Virus record (IMG/VR): IMGVR_UViG_3300012953_000146
Span: 1-29,599 of that record
Length of the DNA stretch: 29,599 nucleotides
Source: a virus
Lineage: Duplodnaviria; Caudoviricetes
Strand: one strand, 5' to 3'
A model generated the notes under the pieces. The model made no database searches. It was not told the DNA's origin and worked only from the letters and a program-made list of their open reading frames with translations. Each line of letters begins with the position of its first letter. The first letter of the stretch is position 1. The translations under genes and the position numbers were made by a program. Positions 8,401 to 18,800 of the stretch are shown one piece after another.

Positions 8401-9331
8401 ACCAAAAACTTACACCGCAAGTCGATTTTTCGACATTCCTTGCTCCTATAAGGGGTTGTCTGAACCATTAAACCCAAATGATGACCCTAAAGAGACCGCT
8501 TATGGGTGGATGATACACAAGTATTGTGCTTCCAAGGCAGATAATGCCTCATTCAACGTTTCGATGCTCGTAGAAGGGCATACAACGGGGGCACAGGGGC
8601 AAGAATTCATGGATTTCCTACGTAATGACATGCCAGCAGCAAAGTTGACTCCAACTAGAACTGTTCCTAACGGTGAAAAGTGCTGGAATTGCTGGAGAGG
8701 ACCAGTTGAAGGTCGTTGTTACCGTGATCCTCAGTCTGGAGGTATAGTTTTTGTGCCAACTGGACTAGATGAGAACACATTTGACTATAATAGGTCAGGA
8801 TATACAGAATTACAGCAATTGCAAGGTTGGTTACAAGGAAATGTAAGCACTCAAGCAGGTGTTGCAACGTGGACAGCGCATGCTGACCCAGAAGTTCCAG
8901 GTTCAGGTACGGAACATACCTTCGATTACACGGTAATTGATGTTTTACCGTGGTCTGGTGGACAACCACCTAATAGATGTTGGGATACTTTCGTTCGTGA
9001 CGTGGTTTCTGCTGATGGACCTCTAGAAGTTTGGTGCGGATATGATGTAAACGGTGATCCGATTGCTGGTAACACATATAATAATGTTTCACAATTGTTT
9101 GATGCTTGCGTAGCACTAAATGAAGTGTTGGATTCTTCTATCGCAGTTCAACCAGGAAGACAAACTGGAACTAACCAAATGGTTATGGGACCGTACCGAG
9201 GAGAAATGAAAGTGCGTAACTATTTGACAGGTGCGACACTTACTTACGCTAAAGCGGTTCAATATTTAAGTAATCCGTATTTCTCTGAGTGTGAAACGGA
9301 TATTGGTGAAATTATAGGAGATGGATTCTAA
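5480..9331 (+). CDS. Large (1283 aa) putative virion structural protein
   Basis: N-terminal DUF5648-like repeats (IYRFYK...HDY, PFHRHYS...GYTNCGVIGY, VPLYHYFS...DFYTTN...YQGIIGWAY), two GxGY structural repeats (NSGKGY, EGGAGY), many Cys, late promoter, adjacent to the PAAR-like gene. Confidence 0.8.
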   Translation: MPAYILETGRSYRNPIEAKDFLRSWDGYEGVPDGYQIEFYDEGPGSLPLGKDNVHYIGDEQEIIVGTERMGIYRFYKGGTGANHDYWDESVLTKDDFPGEKNKGKAIKAYHPEPRRNAPIFYMLDTPEEGTAVPFHRHYSSTLKNTKLTSNTSEAGYTNCGVIGYMAAGQTAAQVYGGGEVPLYHYFSTVHNNDFYTTNPSDEVNLSGGPIPPKDVQQGQYVYQGIIGWAYTTPFPSPTLGAYFDSTGNNLVVTGSSSGNIDIEYRWNDNPGTASVNVDTIQIGTKTWTRSGRSGNQSEKISGLTPGSYPITYTNLHAANSPIEVRDGGQWLCLKDGHGNDCNGILRILMVEDRRQKTVIDVGKIGPCGQCVDKTGWYDYRPEDDDDYNGNSQYTYFMYRQQMDQNGNRWEGTPAVNGWGDSDFAEMLTEDALFEWSYGLNGAVKGSVPRYLGFEDMYDSQFVYYLYDTSFPWNGPIYSIQYTLSDAACCPNAEDSSGCPECIPNYTYHSHFYSIREDMWQTTNSRIELSDGNSTGVNESFWVADTSTTRLLFRYTSTTGAFKRGEMINGWLISEVRYFGDKQKCGFMELNEMDSDMPAGEPFVYRQTYTAEDGATAIALAGFGIFDKCAFFGVYEFRKNISYYRVEVNQDALVAMRTLDEAKLEPVINDNGELVDVIIINSGKGYNLENIQLAVSSPGVMEEFTGGDLASEMYNQNKVESKIIPTWPPETVDQGDDLITTGDYDIQMFNAIEKGSNTLSASDDAVAKQVVFNRGKAVQQKQAIVRVTEIDDSGSIIGVIIDEGGAGYTADHPPYIAVVIPDKKTAGFDGTDMSGAKTNTGQYDNVKQHISTKDGFDIDALMSRPFEEIEAGTSVDIPEGYLKITEISDTEQTTLCNDLPAACLAHSFPGIVSDALPQDDQFSEVTKFSPNLATFYAEVWPDAILAGKTADREAVNVGGLYGFNKGQNCIVLPQPKTYTASRFFDIPCSYKGLSEPLNPNDDPKETAYGWMIHKYCASKADNASFNVSMLVEGHTTGAQGQEFMDFLRNDMPAAKLTPTRTVPNGEKCWNCWRGPVEGRCYRDPQSGGIVFVPTGLDENTFDYNRSGYTELQQLQGWLQGNVSTQAGVATWTAHADPEVPGSGTEHTFDYTVIDVLPWSGGQPPNRCWDTFVRDVVSADGPLEVWCGYDVNGDPIAGNTYNNVSQLFDACVALNEVLDSSIAVQPGRQTGTNQMVMGPYRGEMKVRNYLTGATLTYAKAVQYLSNPYFSECETDIGEIIGDGF

Positions 9332-9864
9332 TGGCATATGGATTTTTAAAACCAGTAGCAGCACATAACGGTTTACCTTGCAGTGGACACGGGTTATGTT
9401 TACCCTCAACGGTTCATAGTAACCAAAGTTGCGGAACTCCACCTATTCCTTACACTATTAGGGTTAAAAACCTTACTTGTTGGTGGCCACCTCTTCCTAC
9501 AGTGCCGCTTACCCCTCTTACTCCTATCAGAGCAACGGTTCTAGTACACTTCCTACCCATATACCTTTTGGGTGATACATTTATACCACACCCTAGTCCG
9601 TGTACAAACATTATTGTGTATTGGTGTCCTTGTGGTAAAACTACATGTCCCGTTCCTACACCAATTGTGTGTTCTTTGTTAACAATTGAGGATGCTGGTG
9701 GAATTGGACACGCGAGAACCCTGTTGACCACTACGCTTACAGTGTTTGCTTTGAAGTTACCTATAGGTAGGTTGTTGGATCCTTTAGGTATTGGATATTC
9801 GGGTGCTTCGTACCCATGTTCAAGTGTTGTTGCATGGGGTAGTGCAACTGTGCTCGCTTCATGA
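9331..9864 (+). CDS. PAAR-like spike-tip protein (T4 gp5.4-like), Cys/Pro-rich
   Basis: CSGHG, TVLVHFLPIYLLGDTFIPH, GH...TVFALKLPIGRLLDP, CSSVVAWGSATVL: three-repeat PAAR layout with His/His/His/Cys metal ligands, near gp25. Confidence 0.75.
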   Translation: MAYGFLKPVAAHNGLPCSGHGLCLPSTVHSNQSCGTPPIPYTIRVKNLTCWWPPLPTVPLTPLTPIRATVLVHFLPIYLLGDTFIPHPSPCTNIIVYWCPCGKTTCPVPTPIVCSLLTIEDAGGIGHARTLLTTTLTVFALKLPIGRLLDPLGIGYSGASYPCSSVVAWGSATVLAS

Positions 9865-9870
9865 TATAAT
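9862..9870 (+). promoter_or_regulatory. Extended -10 sigma70-like promoter
   Basis: TGaTATAAT immediately upstream of the 9894 ORF. Confidence 0.5.
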
Positions 9871-9893
9871 TAGTACAGTTAACCAAATTTATC

Positions 9894-10040
9894 ATGGCTG
9901 CAAAGGGAGTATGGAGTAATACGGGAACTTATGTCCCGACAAAGGCAAAAAAGACTCGTCAAGGCAATGGTCAGAACACTAAGTACGTTGCGACTTCAAG
10001 AAATGCTGCGAAAAAGAAATATAGAGGTCAAGGTCGTTGA
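9894..10040 (+). CDS. Small basic protein (KKTRQG...KKYRGQG type)
   Basis: MAAKGVWSNTGTYVPTKAKKTRQGNGQNTKYVATSRNAAKKKYRGQGR, 48 aa, no acidic residues. I recall this peptide type near gp25 in cyanomyoviruses. Missed by the track. Confidence 0.85.
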   Translation: MAAKGVWSNTGTYVPTKAKKTRQGNGQNTKYVATSRNAAKKKYRGQGR

Positions 10041-10354
10041 GTTATCAAGCATTACCTAAATTTTTACATATACAATATAGCCCTGTCGCTGGACAGGGCA
10101 TTTTTGCTTTGAATGATATACCAGCAGATGTTTATCTTGGCATATCTCATGTGGTAGTGCATGATACTGAGTATCCTTCCACCCATCCCATGTATAGAAC
10201 CCCTTTAGGTGGATTTGTAAATCATAGTGAGGATCCTAATTGTATAAAAGAGTGTCAGGAAAAAGAATGGGGTCAAATATGGCATATGAAGACTAGTAAG
10301 TCAATAAAGAAGGGTCAAGAACTATTCTTAAAGTATACTTTCTACAAAGTGTGA
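10037..10354 (+). CDS. Minimal SET-domain protein-lysine methyltransferase
   Basis: SET motifs SPVAGQGIFA, GFVNHSEDPNC and IKKGQELFLKY. TTG start overlaps the upstream TGA. Confidence 0.88.
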   Translation: MSYQALPKFLHIQYSPVAGQGIFALNDIPADVYLGISHVVVHDTEYPSTHPMYRTPLGGFVNHSEDPNCIKECQEKEWGQIWHMKTSKSIKKGQELFLKYTFYKV

Positions 10355-10360
10355 TAAATA
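10353..10360 (+). promoter_or_regulatory. T4-like late promoter (NATAAATA)
   Basis: GATAAATA 21 nt upstream of gp25. Confidence 0.65.
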
Positions 10361-10381
10361 ACTGAATAGATAGCAAATAAA

Positions 10382-10795
10382 ATGCCAGCCTACAAATTTA
10401 GATCAGAGAAATTTCTAAGTAGGGGTTTTAAAGACCTGGCTATATCTTTTGCTGCAAATCCCAATACTAAGGATTTTGGTGCTGTGAAAAATGAGAATGC
10501 TATTAAGCAATCCATCAGAAATTTAATGTTAACCAATTTCGGTGATCGTCCATTTCAACCTGCAATAGGTTCACGCATTAAAGGACTTCTTTTTGAACCT
10601 TTTGATGTATTCTTAGCAGAGGAAATGAAAACTGAGATACGAAACGTTGTTGAACGCTTAGAACCAAGAGTTGAATTATCAGATGTTCGTATTGATGTAA
10701 ATGAAGACGTTAATGAATTAAATATTGCAATTGATTATCGTATTACGGGACAAACTATATTACAGACAGTCGATTTTCTCCTAGAGAGAGCTTAG
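10382..10795 (+). CDS. gp25: Baseplate wedge subunit gp25
   Basis: AIKQSIRNLMLTNFGDRPFQPAIGS...LFEP...LEPRV is the GPW/gp25 signature. Confidence 0.95.
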   Translation: MPAYKFRSEKFLSRGFKDLAISFAANPNTKDFGAVKNENAIKQSIRNLMLTNFGDRPFQPAIGSRIKGLLFEPFDVFLAEEMKTEIRNVVERLEPRVELSDVRIDVNEDVNELNIAIDYRITGQTILQTVDFLLERA

Positions 10796-10796
10796 C

Positions 10797-12893
10797 ATGC
10801 CAGCCGTTCCTTCACAACTTACATCACTTGATTTTTATGAAATCAAGGAATCAATAAAATCGTACTTAAGAACTCGATCAGAATTTACCGATTATGATTT
10901 TGAGGGATCTAGTGCATCATACCTTATTGACATTTTAGCGTATAACACGTATTACAGTGCGTTCAATGCAAACATGGCATTGAATGAAACCTTTTTGGAA
11001 TCTGCTACTGTTAGAGATAATATTGTACGTGTTGCTAAACAATTAAATTATACACCAAGATCGATCAAATCTGCAAGGGCATGTGTAGCGATTGATGTGC
11101 AGACTTCTGCTGTTGGTGGTGGAACTAGTTTTCCTTCAACAGTCACCCTTCAGAAAGGTGATGTTTTTATATCCAGAAACGTAGTTGATAGTTTTGTTTT
11201 CTGTGTTCGTAATGATATTCAGGTTTCAGTCAATCCTACAACTGGTCTTGCTAACTTCAGTAAGATTATTTTCTATCAAGGTAATCTATTAGACTTTAAT
11301 TACACTGTAGATGACACTAAAGATCAAGAATACATTATACCATCTGAAAATATTGATACTGAACTACTTAAAGTTCAAGTACGTCCAAATGTACAATCAC
11401 AAGAAATTGATATTTACTCTCCTGTAGGTAATGCAGTTGATCTAGATGGTAATAGTCGTATTTACTTCTTAGAAGAAGTAGACGACCTTAGATATAAGGT
11501 CATCTTTGGTGACGGTGTTTTAGGACGTAAATTAGTTGATGGTGAGATTGTAGATTTACAGTATGTTCGTACAGTTGGTTCAGAAGCAAATGGATGTACT
11601 GACTTTGCTTTCACTGGTCTTATAATTGACTCAGAAGGTAGACCCATACCTCCTCAGAACATCAAGGTAACGACTATAGATGCAGCACAAGATGGTGAAT
11701 CTAGGGAAACACCCTTAAGCATCAAATTCAACGCTCCTAGGGCGTATGCGACGCAGAACAGGGCGGTTACTGAAGCAGACTACGAATACATCACTTCAAC
11801 CATATATCCTCAAGCAGCGTCAATAACCGCTTATGGTGGTGAGAAGTTAAGTCCACCTATTTACGGTAAAGTATTCATTGCTGTTAGATCTAAAGCAGGA
11901 ACCAAACTTAATGCTACAACTAAAACTAGCATAAAGAATGACTTATTGAAATATTCAATGGCAGCAATCGAACCTGTCATTACTGACCCTGTTTCATACT
12001 ACTTAATTCCTAAATCTTGGGTATATTATAATGGTAACAATACTGGAAAGAGTTCTTCTGAACTTGAAACCGATCTTTTGAAGAATATTGATAAATTTAA
12101 TGATGCTGGTCAAACCGATAGGTTTGGTGGTCGTCTTGAAGGTTCAAAATATACTTCAATGCTTGATAACACTGATGATGCTATTTCAGGTAGTGTTACT
12201 CAATTAACGTTAGGTCAGAACTTAGAGAATTTTGTTTTTGGTAGTGTATTTACAGAATGTTTGGATTTTGGTAATCCATTACATGATCCAAACGAACATT
12301 CTGGACAACCTACCGATCCTTCTGGAGGAGACAGTACTCCAACTGGCACAACCTGTGCTCCTTCCTATTCTAGTGTAAAATCTGGTACTTTCTATGCAAC
12401 TGGTTATACTGCTAAACTAGCAGACGTTGTTGCAGAGGGTGTTTCAACTTCTCAGTTGTCAACTTCCCTAACTTCGTCAGATACAGAAACATTGGTACCT
12501 GTAAACATCCGTGATGATGGTAGAGGTAAGATGATGCTTGTTACAACTAGAAACGAAAAGGAATTGATATTAAATAGTGATGTTGGAACAGTTGATTATG
12601 TATCGGGACATGTTTGTGTTGGACCTTTAGCGATTGCTGGTACACCTGATGGTACTACCAGATTACCTATAGCAGCAAACCCATATTCTGTCTCCATTGT
12701 AATTCCACCAGGAGTTGATCCAATAATATTCAACCCTAATGTATTTCCCATAGACTTTAATACAAATCCTGCGGTAACTTCACCGTTTGATCCAAATAAC
12801 TTTGACGGATGGAACTATGGTCCAACTGACATAAATATCATTGATTATCCTACGGATACTTTCACGTATCCAGAATTCGACTCCTGCTTCTAA
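10797..12893 (+). CDS. gp6: Baseplate wedge subunit gp6
   Basis: LDFYEIKESIKSYL...FTDYDFEGS...LAYNTYY...FLESA, FGDGVLG and QNRAVTEADY are T4 gp6 signatures; follows gp25. Confidence 0.95.
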   Translation: MPAVPSQLTSLDFYEIKESIKSYLRTRSEFTDYDFEGSSASYLIDILAYNTYYSAFNANMALNETFLESATVRDNIVRVAKQLNYTPRSIKSARACVAIDVQTSAVGGGTSFPSTVTLQKGDVFISRNVVDSFVFCVRNDIQVSVNPTTGLANFSKIIFYQGNLLDFNYTVDDTKDQEYIIPSENIDTELLKVQVRPNVQSQEIDIYSPVGNAVDLDGNSRIYFLEEVDDLRYKVIFGDGVLGRKLVDGEIVDLQYVRTVGSEANGCTDFAFTGLIIDSEGRPIPPQNIKVTTIDAAQDGESRETPLSIKFNAPRAYATQNRAVTEADYEYITSTIYPQAASITAYGGEKLSPPIYGKVFIAVRSKAGTKLNATTKTSIKNDLLKYSMAAIEPVITDPVSYYLIPKSWVYYNGNNTGKSSSELETDLLKNIDKFNDAGQTDRFGGRLEGSKYTSMLDNTDDAISGSVTQLTLGQNLENFVFGSVFTECLDFGNPLHDPNEHSGQPTDPSGGDSTPTGTTCAPSYSSVKSGTFYATGYTAKLADVVAEGVSTSQLSTSLTSSDTETLVPVNIRDDGRGKMMLVTTRNEKELILNSDVGTVDYVSGHVCVGPLAIAGTPDGTTRLPIAANPYSVSIVIPPGVDPIIFNPNVFPIDFNTNPAVTSPFDPNNFDGWNYGPTDINIIDYPTDTFTYPEFDSCF
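12830..12837 (+). promoter_or_regulatory. T4-like late promoter (NATAAATA) in the gp6 3' end
   Basis: CATAAATA about 60 nt upstream of the ATG at 12897. Confidence 0.5.
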
Positions 12894-12896
12894 GAG

Positions 12897-15800
12897 ATGC
12901 GCAAAAACATAAGTGTTTCTGATAGAGTTGCGTACCAGATACCCGACTTTATTAGAGAGGAAGACCAACAATTCGTCAATTTTCTGTTTGAGTATTATAA
13001 ATCACAGGAAAAGACTGGTAAGCCTTACGATATACTCAATAATATAAATCTATACCTTGATGTTGATTCCTATACATCAAAGACGTTATCTGCAGGAACA
13101 ACTCTTTTAAAAAATATTGGATTTGATGAACCGTTAATAGAAGTAGAGTCGATTGATGGATTTGTTGAGAATGATGGAAGCGTTCTCATCGATAATGAAG
13201 TAATTTACTATGAAAGCGTCACTAGGGGTCCTGACGCTATTCTAACACCTGGTATCTCACTTAATGAGTTTAAGAAAAAGGAGCAAACTCTAGAATCACC
13301 ATTCTCTCAGTTTGATGGAGTAGAAAATACTTTCCAATTAAGATTTCTTGGTGAACCAGTTTCACCAGTATCAGCAGAACACCTTCTTGTAAGGGTTTAT
13401 GGTATTGCCCAAATACCTGGTACAGATTATGTTGTAGAAGGAAGTACTATTCGTTTTACTAGTACACCTAGAGCAAGGATTGGTACTGATAATATTGCAT
13501 CAACCTCTATCATATACATGGTTGGGTTTGCTGGTACCAGTATTGATACTTTAGATAATATTACACCTATTGATGCATCTAAGACACATAAACTTCGTTT
13601 CAATACAGGGTTCTATACTCCTGTATCAGCAGTTGGTCTATTTGTTAATAGAAATGGTCAATTCCAACAGGCATATATTGATTATGTCTTATATGAGACT
13701 GCCACTGATGGTAATTACATAGAATTTATTGGAACTGAGTTATCTTCTTCAGAGACAATCCATATTAGATCAATTGAGTATACCTCACTTGCTGTTGGAA
13801 CTGGTGCTAAGGTTGTTTCTAGTGTTAATGATGCAGGTGCCTTAATTGACCTTATTGTTAGAGATGGTGGTAGTGGTTATCGTTTAGATTTTGCACCAAA
13901 GGTTACTATTACACCATCTGACCTTGGTGGTGTTGGTGCTACAGCACGTACTCTAATTGGTGGTATTAAAGATATACAGTTAATTGGTGGTGGACAAGGT
14001 TATACCACATATAACCCACCAAGTATTGAGATTGCTGCTCCAGGTAACGTTAATGGTACTCAGGCAACTGCATCATTAACAGTTGATGATACTACTGGAT
14101 TGGTTTCTAGTGTTACTATCACTAACTCTGGTTCTGGGTATGATTTTGTACCTTCTGTATCATTTAAGAATCCTGGTGGAGCAGAAATTACTGATCCTAC
14201 CATTGATTCCGAAGGTAGACTTGTTGTAGGAAGTATTACTATAATTGCTGCTAGAAATGGTTTTGGATATGAGAATCCTCCATTCATTTACATTGATCCA
14301 CCACCTACAGGAGGGATACAGGCAGCTGCATCTACATTATTAACTCCAGAAGGACAGGTTTCTAGTGTTTTAATTACTAATAGGGGAAGAGGATATTTAA
14401 CAGCTCCAAGAGCACGTGTTATTCAACCAATTGGTGCGCAAGTACTAGGTGTAACTGTTACAGACCAACTAACAGATGTGGAGGGTACTGTAATAGGTGG
14501 CGGTGAAGTTACGGACATTGAACTACTAACTGGTGGAGATGGTTATACAGATGCGCCATCTGTGTACATTGTAGATGATAGAAAGGATGCTGCTGGAGTA
14601 TCAATAGGTGGTTCTGGCGCAACTGCGGTTGCAACTATCTTTAACGGTGAGATTACTGACATTAGTATTACTAACTTTGGTACAAAGTATGATCCTGCTA
14701 ATCCACCAAAAGTTTATATTGCGGAACCTGCTGCAGCACGTGCTTCTGTAGATGTAGGTTTTGATGAAGTCACAGGATTTGATATAACAACTGCGGGAAG
14801 AGATTACAAACCTTCTGCGTTGGTAGGATGTGTGCGTGGTACCAGTGGAACCATATCATATGATAATTATGGCAATCAGATCTTTGCGACAGAGAGTCAA
14901 TTACGTTTAAGTGATCATAGTGCTGGTAGCGTAATCACTTCTATTGATACACTCTTTATTAGGCAGATATTTGATAAACTGCGTCGGCAATACCTTCCTA
15001 CGATCAATGTAGATTATACAAAGGTAAATCCTGTACAGGTTATCAAGAAGATCCGTGATTTCTACGTATCTAAGGGTACTAAGACCGCTTCTCAGTTCTT
15101 ATTTAAGATTTTATTCGGTGAACAGGTTGATGTTTACTATCCAAAGGATGAAGTTATATCTCCTTCCGCTGCAACTTGGGTAGTTGACACAATTCTCCGT
15201 GCAAGTCTAATTGAGGGTGATCCGTTAAACCTTATCGATGGTCAATTGACTCAAACTGTAGATGAAGTTGATCCTAATGTAGGAGATGCATCTGCATTGA
15301 TTGAAAACGTCATTTCTATCATTGAGGGTACTGATACAATCTATGAATTGGCAATTTCCGAAGAAACACTAACTGGAAATTTCATAATTCCATATAAAAC
15401 GAAATTAGTTGAATATTTAAGTCAAACTGATCAAATCATTACCGTTGACTCGACAATTGGATGGCCAGAGAGAAACGGTACTATTAGACTTAATGATGTT
15501 GAGCAAGTACAGTATAAAGAACGTTCTTTGAACCAATTTATCGAATGTACTCGTTCTAAAAACTTCATTGTTGAAGATTGGGATCCAGGAACAATTGTTC
15601 AGTCAGAAATCTATGTTTACGTAAATAAAGGTCTACCAACCGAATGTAAACTCCGCATTTTAGGTATTGCTGAAGCAGGAAGCACACTTCTTGATGATAC
15701 TGGTTCATATTACCTAGAAGGTGATAAATTAACTGTTGCTGCACTTGGATCTAGTGAACAAGACAAAAAACTCGATTCTTGGCTCTATAATGTCAAAAAA

Positions 15801-18800
15801 TTAATCAGAGTTACAAGTGCAACTCCTGGTGGTGATAATAATCAAACTGCAACCATTGTAACTACTAATCCACATGGATTATTGGTAGAAGACCTTGTTA
15901 CTGTATATGGTGCTAACCCAACTGTATATAATGGTACTTTTGAGGTTACTGCTCGTCTAGATGACTATACATTCTCTTATCAAATGCTTGCTCCTACGGA
16001 TATCATTCCGCAGGGTAATATTTTACTATCAGTAGACCTCAATAGAGGTAAATCTGATGTTTCTTCAATTAATACTGCTGTAACTCCATTTACATCAAAC
16101 GTACAGAACGCATTCTTCAATGCTAACCATGTTTACGTTGCTGCAACTGGTTTACCTAACTATAAGATTGGACCTTTCACTGGAACTGCATTAATTCCAG
16201 GAAACCAGCGTAAATTGCTACGTTTCCCTAGAGTTGTTACTACAGTATCAAAACGTGAGACAATTGATCCTAATTCTCCAATTGGAACATGGGTAAACGG
16301 TGTTTCTATATGGTCTTACAAGTCTAGCACTTTTGTGCGTTATGGTCCTATCACTAGTATTTCAATTCTTGATGGTGGTACTGGATATGATGCTGGTAGT
16401 AAACCAAACCTTGAAATAACAGGTGGTGGTGGATATGGTTGTGCTGCAGAAGTAATTGTTAACGGATCTCTCTTTAGTATTGAAGTTGACACTGGTGGTA
16501 CTGGATATACAACACAACCTCTTGTGTCTGTTGTTGGAGGAGGTGGAACTGGTGCTACTGCACAAGCAGTTATCACAGGTGGTAGAGTTAGTAGAGTTCT
16601 TGTTGAGCAACCTGGTACTGGATATGTTTCACAACCTTTAATCTCTATTACAGGTGGTAATGGTATTGGTGCAACTGCAACTGCTCAAGTTCGTGGTCCT
16701 ATTCAATCTGTAGTTCTTTCTAATGGTGGTGTTGGATATACTGCACTTCCTACAGTTAAATTAAACTCTGGTGAAGGTGCATTAGCACAACCAATCGTTA
16801 TTAACGGTAGAATCGTATCTATCGCTATTATTAACTCTGGTGCTGGATATACAACTGCTCCTAACGTTGTAATTAATGGTGATGGTTTTGGTTCTGTTGC
16901 TAAAGCAATTATTGGTACTATTGGTGAAGATAAGGGTAAAGTTACCACTATTCAGATTTTAAATAAGGGTATTAACTATACTCAAGGTTTAACAACTATT
17001 CGTTTGGATGCAGTTGGTGAAAGTGCTTCATTCCAATCTAATGTTTTCCAATGGACTCAAAACCTTCAACATAACTTAACCTCCAACTATGACTTTGCTA
17101 GAGGTTATGTATTTACTGGATATAACAACCAATTTGGTGGTGAATATGCTCACCTAGTAGATCCGAAAGAATTACGTTATGTTGTTGGTGATAACGTATT
17201 CCTAGATCCACAAACTAATACTTTCCAAGAAGTCGAAGAAAATAACGAACATTCTCCAATATTAGGATGGGCATTTGACGGAAACCCAATTTATGGTCCT
17301 TATGGTTATATTGATCCTACAGATCAGAATAGTGGTCTAAGAAGATTACGTACTTCATTTAGACTTAAGAATGCACTAGTTTATGAGATTGATTCTAACC
17401 CAATACCTACTCGTGGTGATGGACCTCCATTACCTTCTATAGTTAATGGTGTTGAACAGTCACCTGCTCCTGATGGTACATATCCTGCAGGATCATTTAT
17501 AGATGACTATGAGTATGCTTTCCAATTAGGTGATCTTGATAGTTATAATGGTCGTTTCTGTAAAACACCAGATTATCCAGAAGGTACCTATGCTTACTTT
17601 GTAACCATTGATGAATCAGCAAATGGTGTTGCATTATTCCCATATATCCTTGGTCCTAAGTTTTATTCACAACCTGACGCATGGAACTTGAGTCAGGAAG
17701 CAACACAGGATAATATACCTTCAGGTGTTGTTCGTTATCGTGATCCATACGCTAATGTTGATATTGACGTTGATCGTGCACCTAATAAGGAACCTGATAC
17801 TATAACAACTGAATTAGAAGGATATCCACTTATTCTAGAAGTTCAGGATACTAATAATGACGGACTAATTGATTCTAACGAACAATTGGCTGCTATTCCA
17901 ATTACTGAAGAATCAACTCTTCAAATTTACGATTATTTCCCAACTGTCTCTACTGAGTCTAGAGTTGACATCGAAGTTGAAACAACTACCAAATTTGAGT
18001 CTGCACAGATAGATGGATTCGTTATTGAGAACCCTGGTGTATCATATCAGGTTCAAGACGTTATTTTCTTCGATAATACTGGAACTGATGGTTTTGGTGC
18101 ATCTGCAGAGGTTTCTTCCGTAGAAGGTATTAGTATACTTGGATATACAAAAATAATTGAAGATGACATCGTTTATGGTAAAATTACCACTACTGCCAAT
18201 CATGATTTAAGTTTAAACGACGAAGTTATCGTTTCTTCGACTGTAATACCAGATAACACAAATAAGACGTATTATACTAAAGTTGTTTCAGGTATTGAGG
18301 ATATTGGTATATCTCAAACTGGTGTTGGTTATAATGAGCAAATTCCACCAACATATGAGTTAATTTCCGATAGTGGTACTGATGCTCTTATTAGTATTGA
18401 TGTTACACAAACTGGACAAGCAAATACTGTAAATATCACCAACTCTGGTAATAATTATAGTACTACTGTTCCACCACAGATTCGTGTATCCCATCCACAA
18501 GTATTTAAGAAAACTCGTTATTTCTTCGATGAATATAAAGAATCAACCTCTAGTTTCAATGTAAAGCACTCTATTCAGAGTACGTTACGTTATACTTACG
18601 TTTGTGGTTCTGTAACTAAACCAGACGGCACTGAGTCTGCATGGATTGCAAAATTCGATGATTTAGGTGCATTAATCTGGGATCGTACATTAGAACCAAT
18701 AACAGGGACACTTAAGACTGCTCGTTTTAATAACATCTATTTGGATGAGCGTAGTGAGAATGATATCATCTATGTTGTTGGTGAAACGGAATATGACAAT

